From the NCBI GenBank assembly GCA_040437565.1, contig JBDOQK010000002.1, positions 1,054,001 to 1,092,121 on the forward strand: a stretch of 38,121 nt of DNA. The letters run 5' to 3'. Below the pieces are notes generated by a model. It worked only from the letters and a program-made list of their open reading frames with translations, searched no databases and was not told the origin of the DNA. The stretch comes from Albugo candida (taxonomy: Eukaryota). Of the stretch, positions 12,239 to 24,600 are shown one piece after another (position 1 is the stretch's first letter; every line of letters starts with the position of its first letter). The position numbers and the translations under genes are program-made.

Positions 12239-12432
12239 CCAGCGGGAGCAGTATGTGTGGCGTCTTCCCGAGCGCTGCTCTGCAACACGAAAGCAGTATG
12301 ACACCATCGCAGTGAGTATCATTGAACCGTCGCTAATCCCCTGACGAATCCAGCGGGAGTAGTATGAGTGGCGTCTTCGCGAGCGCTGCTCTGCAACAAG
12401 AGAGCAGTATGACACCATCGCAGTGAGTATCA
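12239..12432 (+). repeat. 83-bp direct repeat (period 111 = 37 codons) inside Gypsy B gag
   Basis: CCAGCGGGAG...GCAGTGAGTATCA at 12239-12321 and 12350-12432 with a few substitutions. Confidence 0.85.
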
Positions 12433-13669
12433 AGGGCTCCATCGATGCGGAAATGCTCAGCAACAAGGCGCTCAATGTCCTAGACAGGGATGCTGGAGAC
12501 GTTTACCGACTTCAACATCATGCAGGAGATCAATCGGCGTTCCAGCACGGTGAAGGATAATCATCTCCCGGACGTTGAGGCTCTTTTCGCCGAGAAGCTG
12601 CGAATGGGATCTTAAGGAAGACGACATTAAAGCCCATATCTTGAAGCATTTCGCTTCTTTTAACAAGATCGTGGGAAACTATGGGCTCCAAAATGTGATT
12701 GGACACACCAACCCCAAAAGTCAAGATGCGATAATGTAGACAAAGAACAGGACCAAGATCTTGATCGATAAATCGCGTCCACAATGCTGAAGCGTGAGAT
12801 CATGCTGGTTGCCCTCGAGTATCGCAAGGCTAAGGCGGATGAAAAGCTCCATATTAGCTGATTCTGGAACGTGCTCGTGAGCAACAGCATTTACCTTCTG
12901 ATGGCAATAGAGGATACACCAAACCAGACTACACAGATGAAACCGCCTATCACTCGCAAGTCTCATACCAGTATGTAAAGGTTTCATGAACGATGATAAC
13001 ACATCTCGACCCTCAAGCCAGCACCCACCTAAACCAGCAACTTCCCATCACCCCGCGATGGCTTTCTGGTGTGTAAAGGTCCTTACAGCATCATCTAACG
13101 CACAGAGGGATGAATCCCAACGAGCCATGCAAGAGCGCATGGCAGCACGTGCCTCATTGATGCGCGTCACACTTTCTTTGGACCAGACCCACAGCTATCA
13201 GCGGTCCTAGCGGGTAAAGTAGAGGTCCCGCTCTGCACTGACACGGGTTGGATGTATCCATCATTCCCTGCAGTCTTTTGATTGGCCTCCCACTCGAAGG
13301 TGGTTGTTGGTGCCACGTTGGTCGACCGCAAGCGAGTGACATTGGACGTCCAAGTACGTACTGCTGCAGAACCTGACAACATCAGGGCTGCTGACTGTCT
13401 CGTCCTGGACGAAGAAAAAGACCAACTTATTCTTGGAAAAGATGTCTCAGCGCTCTTGGTGTCCACGTTGGAGCCATGATCGCTAAGCTAGAAGAGGGAC
13501 CAGCCACCGATACAGATGGTGATGTTCTTACCACCAATCTTGCTTTTGAAGTTGGTTTCGACGTCGATTAGAAGATCCTAAATCTTCAATCTTCATTGGA
13601 GCAAGGAGCACTGTTGGAAGAGGGTAAGGATTGTGGCCTCGCGCATGAACTATATGAACTCGCCGTCCA

Positions 13670-14380
13670 CGTCTCAATTTGCCGGCTACTAAGCAACCCG
13701 CCAATTTAGTAAAAACAACTCGGAAAAACAACTTTTTNNNNNNNNNNNNNNNNNNNNNNNNNNNNNNNNNNNNNNNNNNNNNNNNNNNNNNNNNNNNNNN
13801 NNNNNNNNNNNNNNNNNNNNNNNNNNNNNNNNNNNNNAGCGATCAGCAACTCCGACAATTCCAGCACTTTCCGTCATTCACACCACGTTTAGTGCGCACG
13901 TTCGGTACTTACGAAGACAGTGTTACGACCAAGAGGAACGCATTCGGCTTGCAAAGGTGCTGGAGCAACTCTCAACGCAAGGATCATTTGGTGGATTTTT
14001 CAGAAGTCGAAGATCATTGTTACGGGTCCGGCACAGGCGAGCGGGAAGGCAAGTGCAACTCGGATCCTAGTCATAGTTGGCTGGTTATGCTCACAGTGGT
14101 GTGGTGCACACCATTTTTTGCAAACCACGGTACTTTTGGACCATTTTTACCACCACACATTTTTACAACTTTACAACTTTACAGCATTTACAAGCTGGAC
14201 ACAGTCTCGTATTAAGGATGCTGAGGCTACTACGCTACGAGATTATTAACGAGAAGACATATTATCATCTCTCACAGGTATTTCACGAAACGTTTTATAT
14301 GTGTATATATGTTATTTAAGATAGCCTAGGCAACTAGAGAAGTCAGTTAGTCTAATTCTACTAATATAGTCACCTTCAAC
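13670..14380 (+). mobile_element. LINE copy 2, both ends present, interior collapsed into gap 13738-13837; inserted in Gypsy B pol
   Basis: 5' end matches copy 3. ORF2 end PALSVIHTTFSAHVRYLRR...QGSFGGFFRSRRSLLRVRHR..* (stop 14068-14070). TSD TGAACTCG[C/G]CGTCCA at 13655-13669 and 14381-14395. Removing the element restores Gypsy ELAVQHRDIW. Confidence 0.9.
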
Positions 14381-16936
14381 TGAACTCGGCGTCCAACACA
14401 GAGATATTTGGTGGAACCAGCTAGGATACGATCCGCTGCAACGGTTGAGCCCTTCTTGGTGAAGTTCCAGGTCGACGCTAACCTGTAACTGTCAAAGCCA
14501 GGCCGTATCCGAAGCAACAAAGTGCAAATTGGAGAGGAATTTGTCTACAAGATTCGCCAATTCTACGAAATTACTGCGCAGTATGGATTGAAGCTAAGTG
14601 TCACGAAAAGTCTACTCTTATGCCGTGAGGTACTGAAGTGCGGCAAGATCTTGAGTGAAACAGGGATACGACATGATCCCACTCGACTTGGCGCATTGAC
14701 GTCCCTTCCGGCTCCCAGTAATGCAGCTGATCTGCAACGTCTACTGTGTACCGGCAACTGGCTACGTGATTTGGTCACAGACTTCTCTCGCACTGCAGCA
14801 CCGCTCTACTACAGACTCGGCGCTGTAGTTACGAAAACGAGTCGCACTAAAGGTATTGCAGCCGGTATCTCATTGGCTTGTACATCTGATGAACTTGACG
14901 CATACAATGCTTTCCTTGTTGCACTCCTTCAGTCAGCCCAGCTTTCGTTCCCACAAGATCAGTCAACCTTCTGTTTGTTTACCGACGCCTCCAACTGTGG
15001 ATGGGCTCTTATTGCGACGAAAGTTCGTATGTACCAGGACGACGACCCAGTTGAAAAACAAGCCCATGAGTTGCTGGCATGTATGGGTGGTATTTTCCGT
15101 GGATCACAGATTAACTGGTCAGTCACGGAAAAGGAAGGTTACCGATCATCAAAGCGTGTTTTCAACTCGAGTTCCTGCTGGCTCGATCTCGTGGATTTCG
15201 CGTATTTTGCGATCACGCAAACTTGATTTAAATCTTCTCACCGGCTCAGTCCGTTAAGTGTCACGTCCGTGAAAGCTTCAGCGCTGGGCTCTCCATCTAG
15301 TACCCTACCTATATGAGATTGAACATCTCAGGGGTGAGCGTAATGTTTTCGACGACATTGTTCCTCGTTGGATTGCCTCATCCCAGCCTGTGAAAGCCAC
15401 CGCCTATGATACGCGGTTGCGTAGTGACGCACAGCTCTCACCACTCCGCCCGCTCCAAACACCGGGTTTTGCCGAACCGTCGGTCGAGGAGATCGTCACG
15501 CATCAGCAGCGCTCATCAAGCCACGCTGGTCCCCTTCCTACAGATGGATCGCCCAACTTAGTAGCAGGGAAGGTATGGCTACCTCCGGACGCAGATCACT
15601 TCATCATGCGCGCGTTTATAATGGCGCACTGTTGTGTGCGCGGACACGGCGGCGTTCATGTAATAGTCAACAATATCAAGGGAGATTTCATTGTTGACAA
15701 CCTTCGGCGCAAGGTGCAAGCATTCGTGAAAGAGTGTTAGCTTTGTCGACATATCAAAGGTCTGTGGATTTTGAATCGAGATTGTTCTATATATGATGTC
15801 GCGACCAAACGCAATGAAACCCTTCTGATAGACTATCTCTATCTTGGCACTATAGCATCTCAGGTGCTAAATATTGTCTAGTGCTTACGGATGCGTTCCA
15901 ACCACTTCTTTGAGTTGATTGCCTCCGACACTGCAAGTGCGCGGGTCGCAGCTGACGCAATTATCAGTTGGTACAAGCGCTTTGGTTTGCCAATTTCCCT
16001 TATGACCGACAATGAGAAGCTTTTCGTAACCAAGTCATTGCTACTTTGACTGCTAAACTCGGTATGGCGCACAAGATATCACCAGTCTGCGCGCCTTGGC
16101 TTGATGGAGCTGTCGAGTGCGTGAACCGTGACGTTTTACAGGTAGCACGTGCGACGTTACTCGAAGCCCTGCTCGATGTGCAGAAACGAGACACTATACT
16201 TCCGACGATTAGGTCCTTCGTCAACCTTTTCTCCGTCGAGAGCCTGGGTAACAAGTGCCTGATGGAGGTCTTCACTGGTCTCCCACCGCCGCCTTCGCTG
16301 GGCTCTTTTATCGCGCCCGATGGAGACAGCACCATCGCTATCACGGTTAACACTGACTAGGTAGCGCATCAGTTAAACCAACTTACGATTCGTCTACAAC
16401 AGATGCCTAAGTTTTTGGAATCAAGCAAGTGTGACCGTCATCAAGCTGCTCGCGATGCATCATCCAGTGCTGTTGCCAACTTTGACGTGGGCGATTTCGT
16501 ATTGTGGTCGCGCTTGGACCCTCGTTTGTCGGGTTCCAAGCTTATGGTTAGTTGGTTCGGCCCCTTTGTAGTCACTGGAATCAAGGAGCATTGCTTAAAA
16601 GTTGACAATTGATCAGTAAGTGCATGGACTAAGACTTGAACTTTATTCAGAAACTGCACTCGAAGTCACAGAGGAACTACGTGAACACATATCTACGCAG
16701 CTTCTTGTTCGTGAGAGACTTGCAATATACACTACAATATTCCGGCTTCTGCAGGGGAGCTTAAGGTCGCCAGGGTTAGGCTTAAAGATGCTGAGGCTTC
16801 GTGGAAGCCGTTTTCCCCAGCATAAATGCGGATGCTCCCGACCTGGTGTCTACATTCTTGTACGCACATCCATCGTCGCCCAATGTCATTCGACTCCAGC
16901 ATGAGCTCCAATAATGTTCGCCTTCGGAAATGGGTT

Positions 16937-17179
16937 TGTTGTTAGTTAGTAGGGCTTACATTCCTTAAACCCCTGCTCCGGTAGTTACGAAATACCCACC
17001 CCTCAGGCGCCGATAGTTACTAATGAGCTTAGTCTAGAAGGCACACAGGGGCGCCCAGATCGTAGCGTGTGTATCAACTTCATGAATTCACTTCTCACTT
17101 GCCTTCAAGTGCACGGGTCCACTACACGGCGTCTAAGGCGTTGCTAGTACCGAAATCTTAAGACCAAATAAAAACCGCC
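16937..17179 (+). repeat. 3' LTR of Gypsy B (3' end apparently clipped)
   Basis: Homologous to 11903-12136 as above. Follows the integrase/chromodomain remnant. Confidence 0.7.
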
Positions 17180-17560
17180 TCAATTTAAGGCCTGGGTCTA
17201 GCTATCAAATTTCTTAGAACGGGAGTGGCATAAAACCACGGCAAATGCTAGCTGGAACAAGAAAAGCCGTGATTAGGAAATTTTTTGGCTAGCAAGGCTG
17301 ACGAAAGTAAAAAATGGTGTGCTCGTCAAATCAAGATCACAAAAACCAATACGGTGATGATCCGTTGTTTTTATTCCTCCAACCATACACCAAGGATGAG
17401 CTGACTGCACGCAGTTGACAGCCTGTTGTGTTTTGCGCGCTTCACAAGGCCTGACATCATTTTGCTCTGTTCAGGTAAACGAGCACGAAGTTAGAGATGC
17501 GAACCACCAGAAACCTGGAAGGAAATTTCATTTGCAAGTTGGAGTGACTCCTACGTTGCT
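17180..17560 (+). mobile_element. Continuation of the Copia RT beyond the nested Gypsy B
   Basis: SI*GLGLAIKFLRTGV (~SIKDLG...KFLGMRV) immediately after the LTR, and VDSLLCFARFTRPDI (~VGSLLWIARCTRPDI) at ~17414. Confidence 0.75.
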
Positions 17561-18619
17561 AACATTAAGACAGGCAGAAACTCCGTCATTCGAGAGATAA
17601 TTACATCGATTAGACCAGCAGTGCGGTGTCTTTACAAGAAGCAAAATGGCGTGTCACTTTCCAAAATGCAAGCTCATTTTATTCTCAGCCTCTCATATGA
17701 ACGCGAGTTGCTAGGTATNNNNNNNNNNNNNNNNNNNNNNNNNNNNNNNNNNNNNNNNNNNNNNNNNNNNNNNNNNNNNNNNNNNNNNNNNNNNNNNNNN
17801 NNNNNNNNNNNNNNNNNNGTCACTTTCCAAAATGCAAGCTCATTTTATTCTCAGCCTCTCATATGAACGCGAGTTGCTAGGTATGGGAGAAACCCTCCGA
17901 TAGGTCCGACGAAAGGTGATGGAGCCAATGCAGATGGTTACAGGTAATCGAAAGTTATCTGGAACCTTGAGTTGGAAGACAGGATCTCCACCGCCACGCA
18001 CGTCGACGTGGGGTGAGCTTATATATGCGAAACTAAAAACAGACATCTGAAACCGGAGTATGTCGATTCGGGCCAATGATGGTCGCCCTGTTCATCAGGG
18101 CGTTGACGGCGTCAAGAATAAGGATTTGAGATGGCTGTTTGCACTGAAGTAAGTGACGATCGAGTAGATGTATCAGCCTTCCATTAACATCTTGGCTCCT
18201 CGCGTCGTCTTCCAACATCTTCAGTCCTCCGCAGCATTCAGATGCGACTATATCCACAAGGTAGAGTTTTTCCCATTTCACCACCTGGGCTTCATCATGT
18301 TCTATGACCCTGTTTAAGAACGGTATGGCTACGTGAGCTGCATTTTTGTGGCAGCGGCGATAGCACGCTTAAGGCTCCTTTGCATCACGTGGTGCATGAA
18401 TCCGGCTAGACTAGGGACAATAATCTCGACCATGCACTCGATAGAGAAACCACACCGCTTATTCTCTGTTACCTGAAGTTTCATTCGTTACACTTGCTCC
18501 ATATTTATAGTCTAAGTTGATATGGTATAAACGGATTTAGATGATTATAGCAGGATTTGTGCTTGTACTTCAGTATGGATTGACGGAAGACGATTGAATT
18601 AGTATCTATGGTGAGAAAA

Positions 18620-20813
18620 GCCATGACCGTCTTCACATCTTCTGGTAATGGCGATCACACGCTCGATTGCTAAATGTTTGGGATGTCATCATGCACATTT
18701 TCGTCTTCATGGAACTAAGTGTCTTACCGATTTTCGAAGATCTTCAGATGTGAGGAAGATAATCGTTATTCCGATGATGCACAAGGAAGGAAGGCTATGT
18801 CAGCAGACCAAACTCTGAACGTATCAGGTACTCACTCACAAACTAAGGTAAAATGTGCAACTAAAAGTACACACAAGTCGGCACAACAAATACTTTTATC
18901 TTTCAACAACTTACGGTGTACGCTCCATGACTGTAGTTGAACTACTTAAATTAATCTCCGCAAATTATTTTAGTTGCTGGCAGTATTGGCCGTTGTCCAT
19001 TTACGGATGGGTAACCTATTTTTGCGTTTCTGGATTTCACGAACCATAAGCTCTTCCATAAGCTGCACGGGAGATGTGATGACCGTGTGTTCAGTTGCTT
19101 TTGCGTCGATAGCGAGAGCTAATACATTGCCATACATCTCCATTGGTGATGAGGCAAAAGCGAGCACCGGAATATTGCCCCCGTCCTTCAGAAATCCACC
19201 ACAAGAACATTTTGCTTCTCCACGTTTAAACACTGCAACTCTTATGGGGGTCTCTTGAAGAGAACCACCAGAAAGTGTTGAACAATCTCATCTGATACTG
19301 CCGAATTCCACAACCCCCTACACAATTTTATTAGCATGCTGTAACCCTTTTACAATATCGTGAGGGCCGCCTCGAGCAGGTTGAAATAAGTATTAAACTT
19401 GTAGTTTTGGTCGAAGAGAAGCACAAATATAATTGCTATGATTGATACTGATCGTTCTTTGCCACTAATATAAAGAAATATTCTGCTTATTCGCCATAGT
19501 CTTCTGCAGAGAAGTGTGTTTGGTCATCAATCATCGCTGTATTGAAGCGACAATAGTGTTGTGCATGGTAGTAGGAACGACTGAGTTGTTGTATCAAGTT
19601 GGTGTGGACAGCACATCATCTACATAAAGCATGCTCTTGCCGCTCAACGGAACGAAATACTGCATTNNNNNNNNNNNNNNNNNNNNNNNNNNNNNNNNNN
19701 NNNNNNNNNNNNNNNNNNNNNNNNNNNNNNNNNNNNNNNNNNNNNNNNNNNNNNNNNNNNNNNNNNGCCATGACCGTCTTCACATCTTCTGGTAATGGCG
19801 ATCACACGCTCGATTGCTAAATGTTTGGGATGTCATCATGCACATTTTCGTCTTCATGGAACTAAGTGTCTTACCGATTTTCGAAGATCTTCAGATGTGA
19901 GGAAGATAATCGTTATTCCGATGATGCACAAGGAAGGAAGGCTATGTCAGCAGACCAAACTCTGAACGTATCAGGTACTCACTCACAAACTAAGGTAAAA
20001 TGTGCAACTAAAAGTACACACAAGTCGGCACAACAAATACTTTTATCTTTCAACAACTTACGGTGTACGCTCCATGACTGTAGTTGAACTACTTAAATTA
20101 ATCTCCGCAAATTATTTTAGTTGCTGGCAGTATTGGCCGTTGTCCATTTACGGATGGGTAACCTATTTTTGCGTTTCTGGATTTCACGAACCATAAGCTC
20201 TTCCATAAGCTGCACGGGAGATGTGATGACCGTGTGTTCAGTTGCTTTTGCGTCGATAGCGAGAGCTAATACATTGCCATACATCTCCATTGGTGATGAG
20301 GCAAAAGCGAGCACCGGAATATTGCCCCCGTCCTTCAGAAATCCACCACAAGAACATTTTGCTTCTCCACGTTTAAACACTGCAACTCTTATGGGGGTCT
20401 CTTGAAGAGAACCACCAGAAAGTGTTGAACAATCTCATCTGATACTGCCGAATTCCACAACCCCCTACACAATTTTATTAGCATGCTGTAACCCTTTTAC
20501 AATATCGTGAGGGCCGCCTCGAGCAGGTTGAAATAAGTATTAAACTTGTAGTTTTGGTCGAAGAGAAGCACAAATATAATTGCTATGATTGATACTGATC
20601 GTTCTTTGCCACTAATATAAAGAAATATTCTGCTTATTCGCCATAGTCTTCTGCAGAGAAGTGTGTTTGGTCATCAATCATCGCTGTATTGAAGCGACAA
20701 TAGTGTTGTGCATGGTAGTAGGAACGACTGAGTTGTTGTATCAAGTTGGTGTGGACAGCACATCATCTACATAAAGCATGCTCTTGCCGCTCAACGGAAC
20801 GAAATACTGCATT
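18620..20813. repeat. 1047-bp apparently exact duplication flanking gap 19667-19766 (18620-19666 = 19767-20813); probable assembly overlap
   Basis: Both copies abut the N run, and the ORF track gives identical translations offset by 1147. Confidence 0.85.
19802..20434 (-). CDS. Putative 3' part of a spliced gene of unknown function with a hydrophobic C-terminal segment (duplicated at 18655-19287)
   Basis: Four GT-AG introns (20151-20078, 20061-20008, 19986-19942, 19874-19817) keep one frame: ...REIQKRKNRLPILMERTPCTFYLSFLPSLCIIGITIIFLTSEDLRKSQSSV*. The 5' end is unresolved (in-frame TGA at 20437-20435). Confidence 0.35.
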
Positions 20814-21614
20814 AGATACATCGTATAAAATCCATGATTAGCTTTTTTTGGCACATCAGTTCCAGGAGATATGAAGTATACATAAACACAGCTGTATGAT
20901 CGGATTCTAGAAGATTGCTGTGCAAATTTGTTCGCTAGTGTCGTCCATCGGTCTCCCACTTCGACATGACTAAAAAATGATCTTTACCAGAGCGATCAAA
21001 CCATTTTTATTGCAATGTTCGCTTTCAGTAACGCATATACTTCCTCAATTTGTCATTCTGCAGTTCCCTGTCAACACGACACTACCCTGATGCTGTCGTA
21101 CGCTATTGATTCTATCGATTAATTACGTGTGTCACGTTGAAATCTTCCGGAGCTATATACATAACATACGTTTGAGATCAGTGCTGGCGTTTACTTAATG
21201 CCTGACTGAAGCCTCTTAATATCAGAATGTTGTTCTGTATGCTCACCCTATTTATATACATTATACAAAGAAGAGATAACCTGCGTTGCGTTGCCTCCAG
21301 CACAGCGGTCAGTTGTCGCCCAGTTCTGTTGTCTTATTGTGAGCAAAAAGTGGACAGGTCATTACCTTGATCGCGTCGTCGTTCGAGCTATGTGCACAAA
21401 AAGGATCGTTTTTGCATAGGCGAAAAAAGCTAATTGTATTAGTACGAATGAAGCCCATGACGACGTATTGCTTGAGGCAAACATGACATATGATAAAATG
21501 CTGGAAATAAATTTTTTCGAAGCAATTCAGCACTCGTCTCCCGTCGTGATAGTGGATACCTTTCTCTTCCATTGTAGAAAGTTGGGCAGCAAATTTATTG
21601 ATGTTTATTCCACA

Positions 21615-24600
21615 TCAATAGCAATCATCACCGATGAAAGTCACACGTTTCCTTTTATAACCTTTTGAGTTGTACATTACGCCATGTGATATTTCAAGAA
21701 AATGCGCTTGGTATCGCTGATCGTGCTGATCTTGCATCGAATTAGGTGGATGACCATCCCCTGGGGCGAATGCAGTTGTAGCGCCTTGCCCAGAATGACC
21801 TTTCTTCTGGCTAGTCGTTGCATCATGTTCCTCGTGCCGTGATACATTACCATAATTAAACATGACACTATACTGCAAGTCTGCCTCGTCACTAATTTCG
21901 CTAGGATCAAGTAAGCGTAAATTATCGAGCAAATAATCCACTCTTTGTCGTAATCGCGAAGCTTTTTTAGTGCATTTGATGATTTTCTCATTGATTTGAT
22001 TTGTACTTGATTTTCCAGCAATCAATAGAGATTTGTATTGATTCTTCACCAAATGCCTTGCGTTCATGACAAATTCCTCCCCGGAATATTGTGAAGCATT
22101 TTCAGTCGATTCGATAAAACTTTGTGTATTATCGTGGAGTTGATGCAAGATTTCTTCGAGACTTCCGCACATTACAAGTTGTTCGACTACCACTGCCTTC
22201 TTGGCCCCGATGCGATAAGCACGACTGATGACTTGATCTGCTAACGACTTATCCCATATCTCATCGGCAAAGAATATATGACTCACAAAGGAGAGATCTA
22301 GGCCATGAGCTCCGACATCAGTCAAGCATAAGACCTGTATTTTCGGATCACTTCGAAAAAGATTTAGCTGCCTCTGCCGTTCCGGAATACTCAACCCTGT
22401 AACGAATGTAGCGCAATGGATGCCTTGTTGTGCACACGAAACTCTAATTCGCCAGATATGTTCTTTGAATTGAGAGAAAACTATCACTTTCAAAGACGTA
22501 GAGGTCTCGGTTCCTCTTGAATCAGTATCTTTAGATTCGACTGAGCTCAACTCACGGATTCGATGAGTTATATAGCATGCTTTACTCGACCAAATTTTTC
22601 TGAAGTCTTTTGTGAAATCCAAGCTGCGCTTTTGAACACGCAAGTTGATACCTACAGAGTTCAAGATACCAGCTTCACATCTATCTGATAACAGGGAGCT
22701 CGGACTGGCAGAAACGCTACCATTAATTCCATCGGAGATCAGCTCAGCGGTTCTACCTCTACTTGAGCTAGTTCTTCGGTCTGTAAGCCTTTCAGCCTTA
22801 GCCACGATATCTGAAACAAAATCATCATCTCCCCATTTTAATTCAAATCCTGGTTGCAAGCGTTGTAGATCCTCTGGATCGTATTCTTTCCCACATGTTG
22901 CACATACAGGGCCTCGTACATCAAATTGTTTTTTGACGCATGCTGCGCAGACAAGGTGGCCACAAGTCAGCACAATTAATAGTTGTAGTTGCCGATCACA
23001 AACTCCGCATCGTGTTGTACGTCCTGGTAGCTGCGCATCTCTTAAAAATCGCAACAAATCGTGTCGAATATCACCCTCAATTTGATGAAAATTCATTAAT
23101 TCGATTGTTTCGAGGTACGATTTTCGACTGAGAGTAATGTTCAGCAAACATGCACCAGCACAAGCTAGACGAAGACTTCGAGTAAGTTGATTCGCATACT
23201 TCCTATTTCGCGGGTTGAGCAAACTGTCTGGATGCAACTTCCCAGGCTGCTTTGGGTCGATATTGGTTAGAAAAAGGTTTGTGACCACAGCACTAGCAAC
23301 AGCATTATAGATTGCGTATTCTTCGGGCATGGCTTTTATGTATACCGATTTCCTTACTGGTTCTGAAGGAACGCTCTGAACGCAGCGCTTGGTGTGTCGG
23401 ATCATAATACGATGCAGGAGTTGCTTCAGCCGGAAGCAAGCTATTGTAGGCTGTTTTTCGAAAGGTAAAGAAATAGCCTTGGACCAAAATTTGCCATTCG
23501 CGGATCCAAGCGGTAAGTCACGGAGAAAGAACAGTTGTCCATGTAGATACTTCAGGTCTTCCGAAGTATTAGTATTTGGAGTAGGTGTACCCGTCATCAA
23601 CCAACGCTTATCAGATGTGAGCCCTTGTGCCATCTGTAGTTGGTATGAGCAACTTTGAACTCCCAATCTATGACCTTCATCCACGACGATGCGCACCCAA
23701 TGTAACATGAGGAAAGGTGAAGTTCCTTTTCTAATTTGACCATTAGCATACCGTTCTAGTCCATCAGAACCATACCGATCAGGGGCTCTCTCTTCCAAAG
23801 CCGAAGGTGGCCTTCGATGTCTCCATTCGTCCGTAAGCCTATTGAATGTTGTTATTACAATATCGTGCGCAGCAAGATCTTCTGCATCGGGGGAGATATT
23901 GCCTCCATAATCGACATACACACGCAGCATCCCGTATTTTACATGTACAGTAATTTGAGACGCCCAGTGTCCAACAAGCGAAGTAGGAACGATAATAAGT
24001 GTCGTTTTGGATGGTATCAGTTGACTACTTCTTATCGATCGGCCACGAGACGTAGAAGAACGCAGTGAGGATCCAATCCCTTCAACAGTGAGATTGGTCA
24101 TCTCCGAACTCTGACCATTTGTCCGCAGTAGCAGCGCAAGCATGGTGACGGTTTTACCAAGGCCAGGTTCATCACAAAGTAATCCGCCTCGACAATCTTG
24201 GTATTTGCTGGTACGATTTCTCACCAGCTTGCTTTCCGTAAAGTCGATCGCACAAGTATCTGAAGTTGCGCTCTTGGGAAAATAAAACGGATGGCTTCCT
24301 CCATTCGTTTGTTTTCGTTCGCGGTACAGCATCCATTTCAGACATTGCTTTTGATGGGGAAATAGGCCTAAGCGAAGACCGGGGACTACTTCATAAGAAA
24401 GATGCTGGAATATGGAGCACACTCCGCTTATTGATGCGATATTTCTTGCATTTAACATTTGAAGGATTCGTTGAATCAATATCGTGGGTAAATCAATCAA
24501 AGACCTGTTCGGACTTATCTCTTTCGAACATATCGACTTGGGTTGTCGTATAGGCATTTGGTCGGCTTCACATGAAGTTATGATACTCGAAAACACGTCT

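Larger units (their letters stand above)
11903..17179 (+). mobile_element. Ty3/Gypsy chromovirus-like retrotransposon, element B, with two diverged LTRs; RT catalytic core deleted
   Basis: gag (RERCSATREQYDTIAVSIKGSID), knuckle remnant GFLVCKGP, protease CTDTG (~13230) and DCLVLDEEKDQLILG, RT C-part/RNase H (14522-15226: FTDAS..GW, SVTEKEGY, FCDHANL), integrase (HCCVRGHGG, FGLPISLMTDN, CAPWLDGAVECVNR, DVGDFVLWSR), chromodomain-like DAEASWKP (~16790). Confidence 0.9.

Noticed and set aside
10143-12432. Short direct repeats as a CRISPR-like array
   Set aside because: Only two units each, embedded in eukaryotic transposons, with no cas genes.
20435-20437. In-frame TGA near a Cys as a possible selenocysteine codon
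   Set aside because: No recognisable selenoprotein motif or SECIS. An unresolved splice or a nonsense mutation is simpler.
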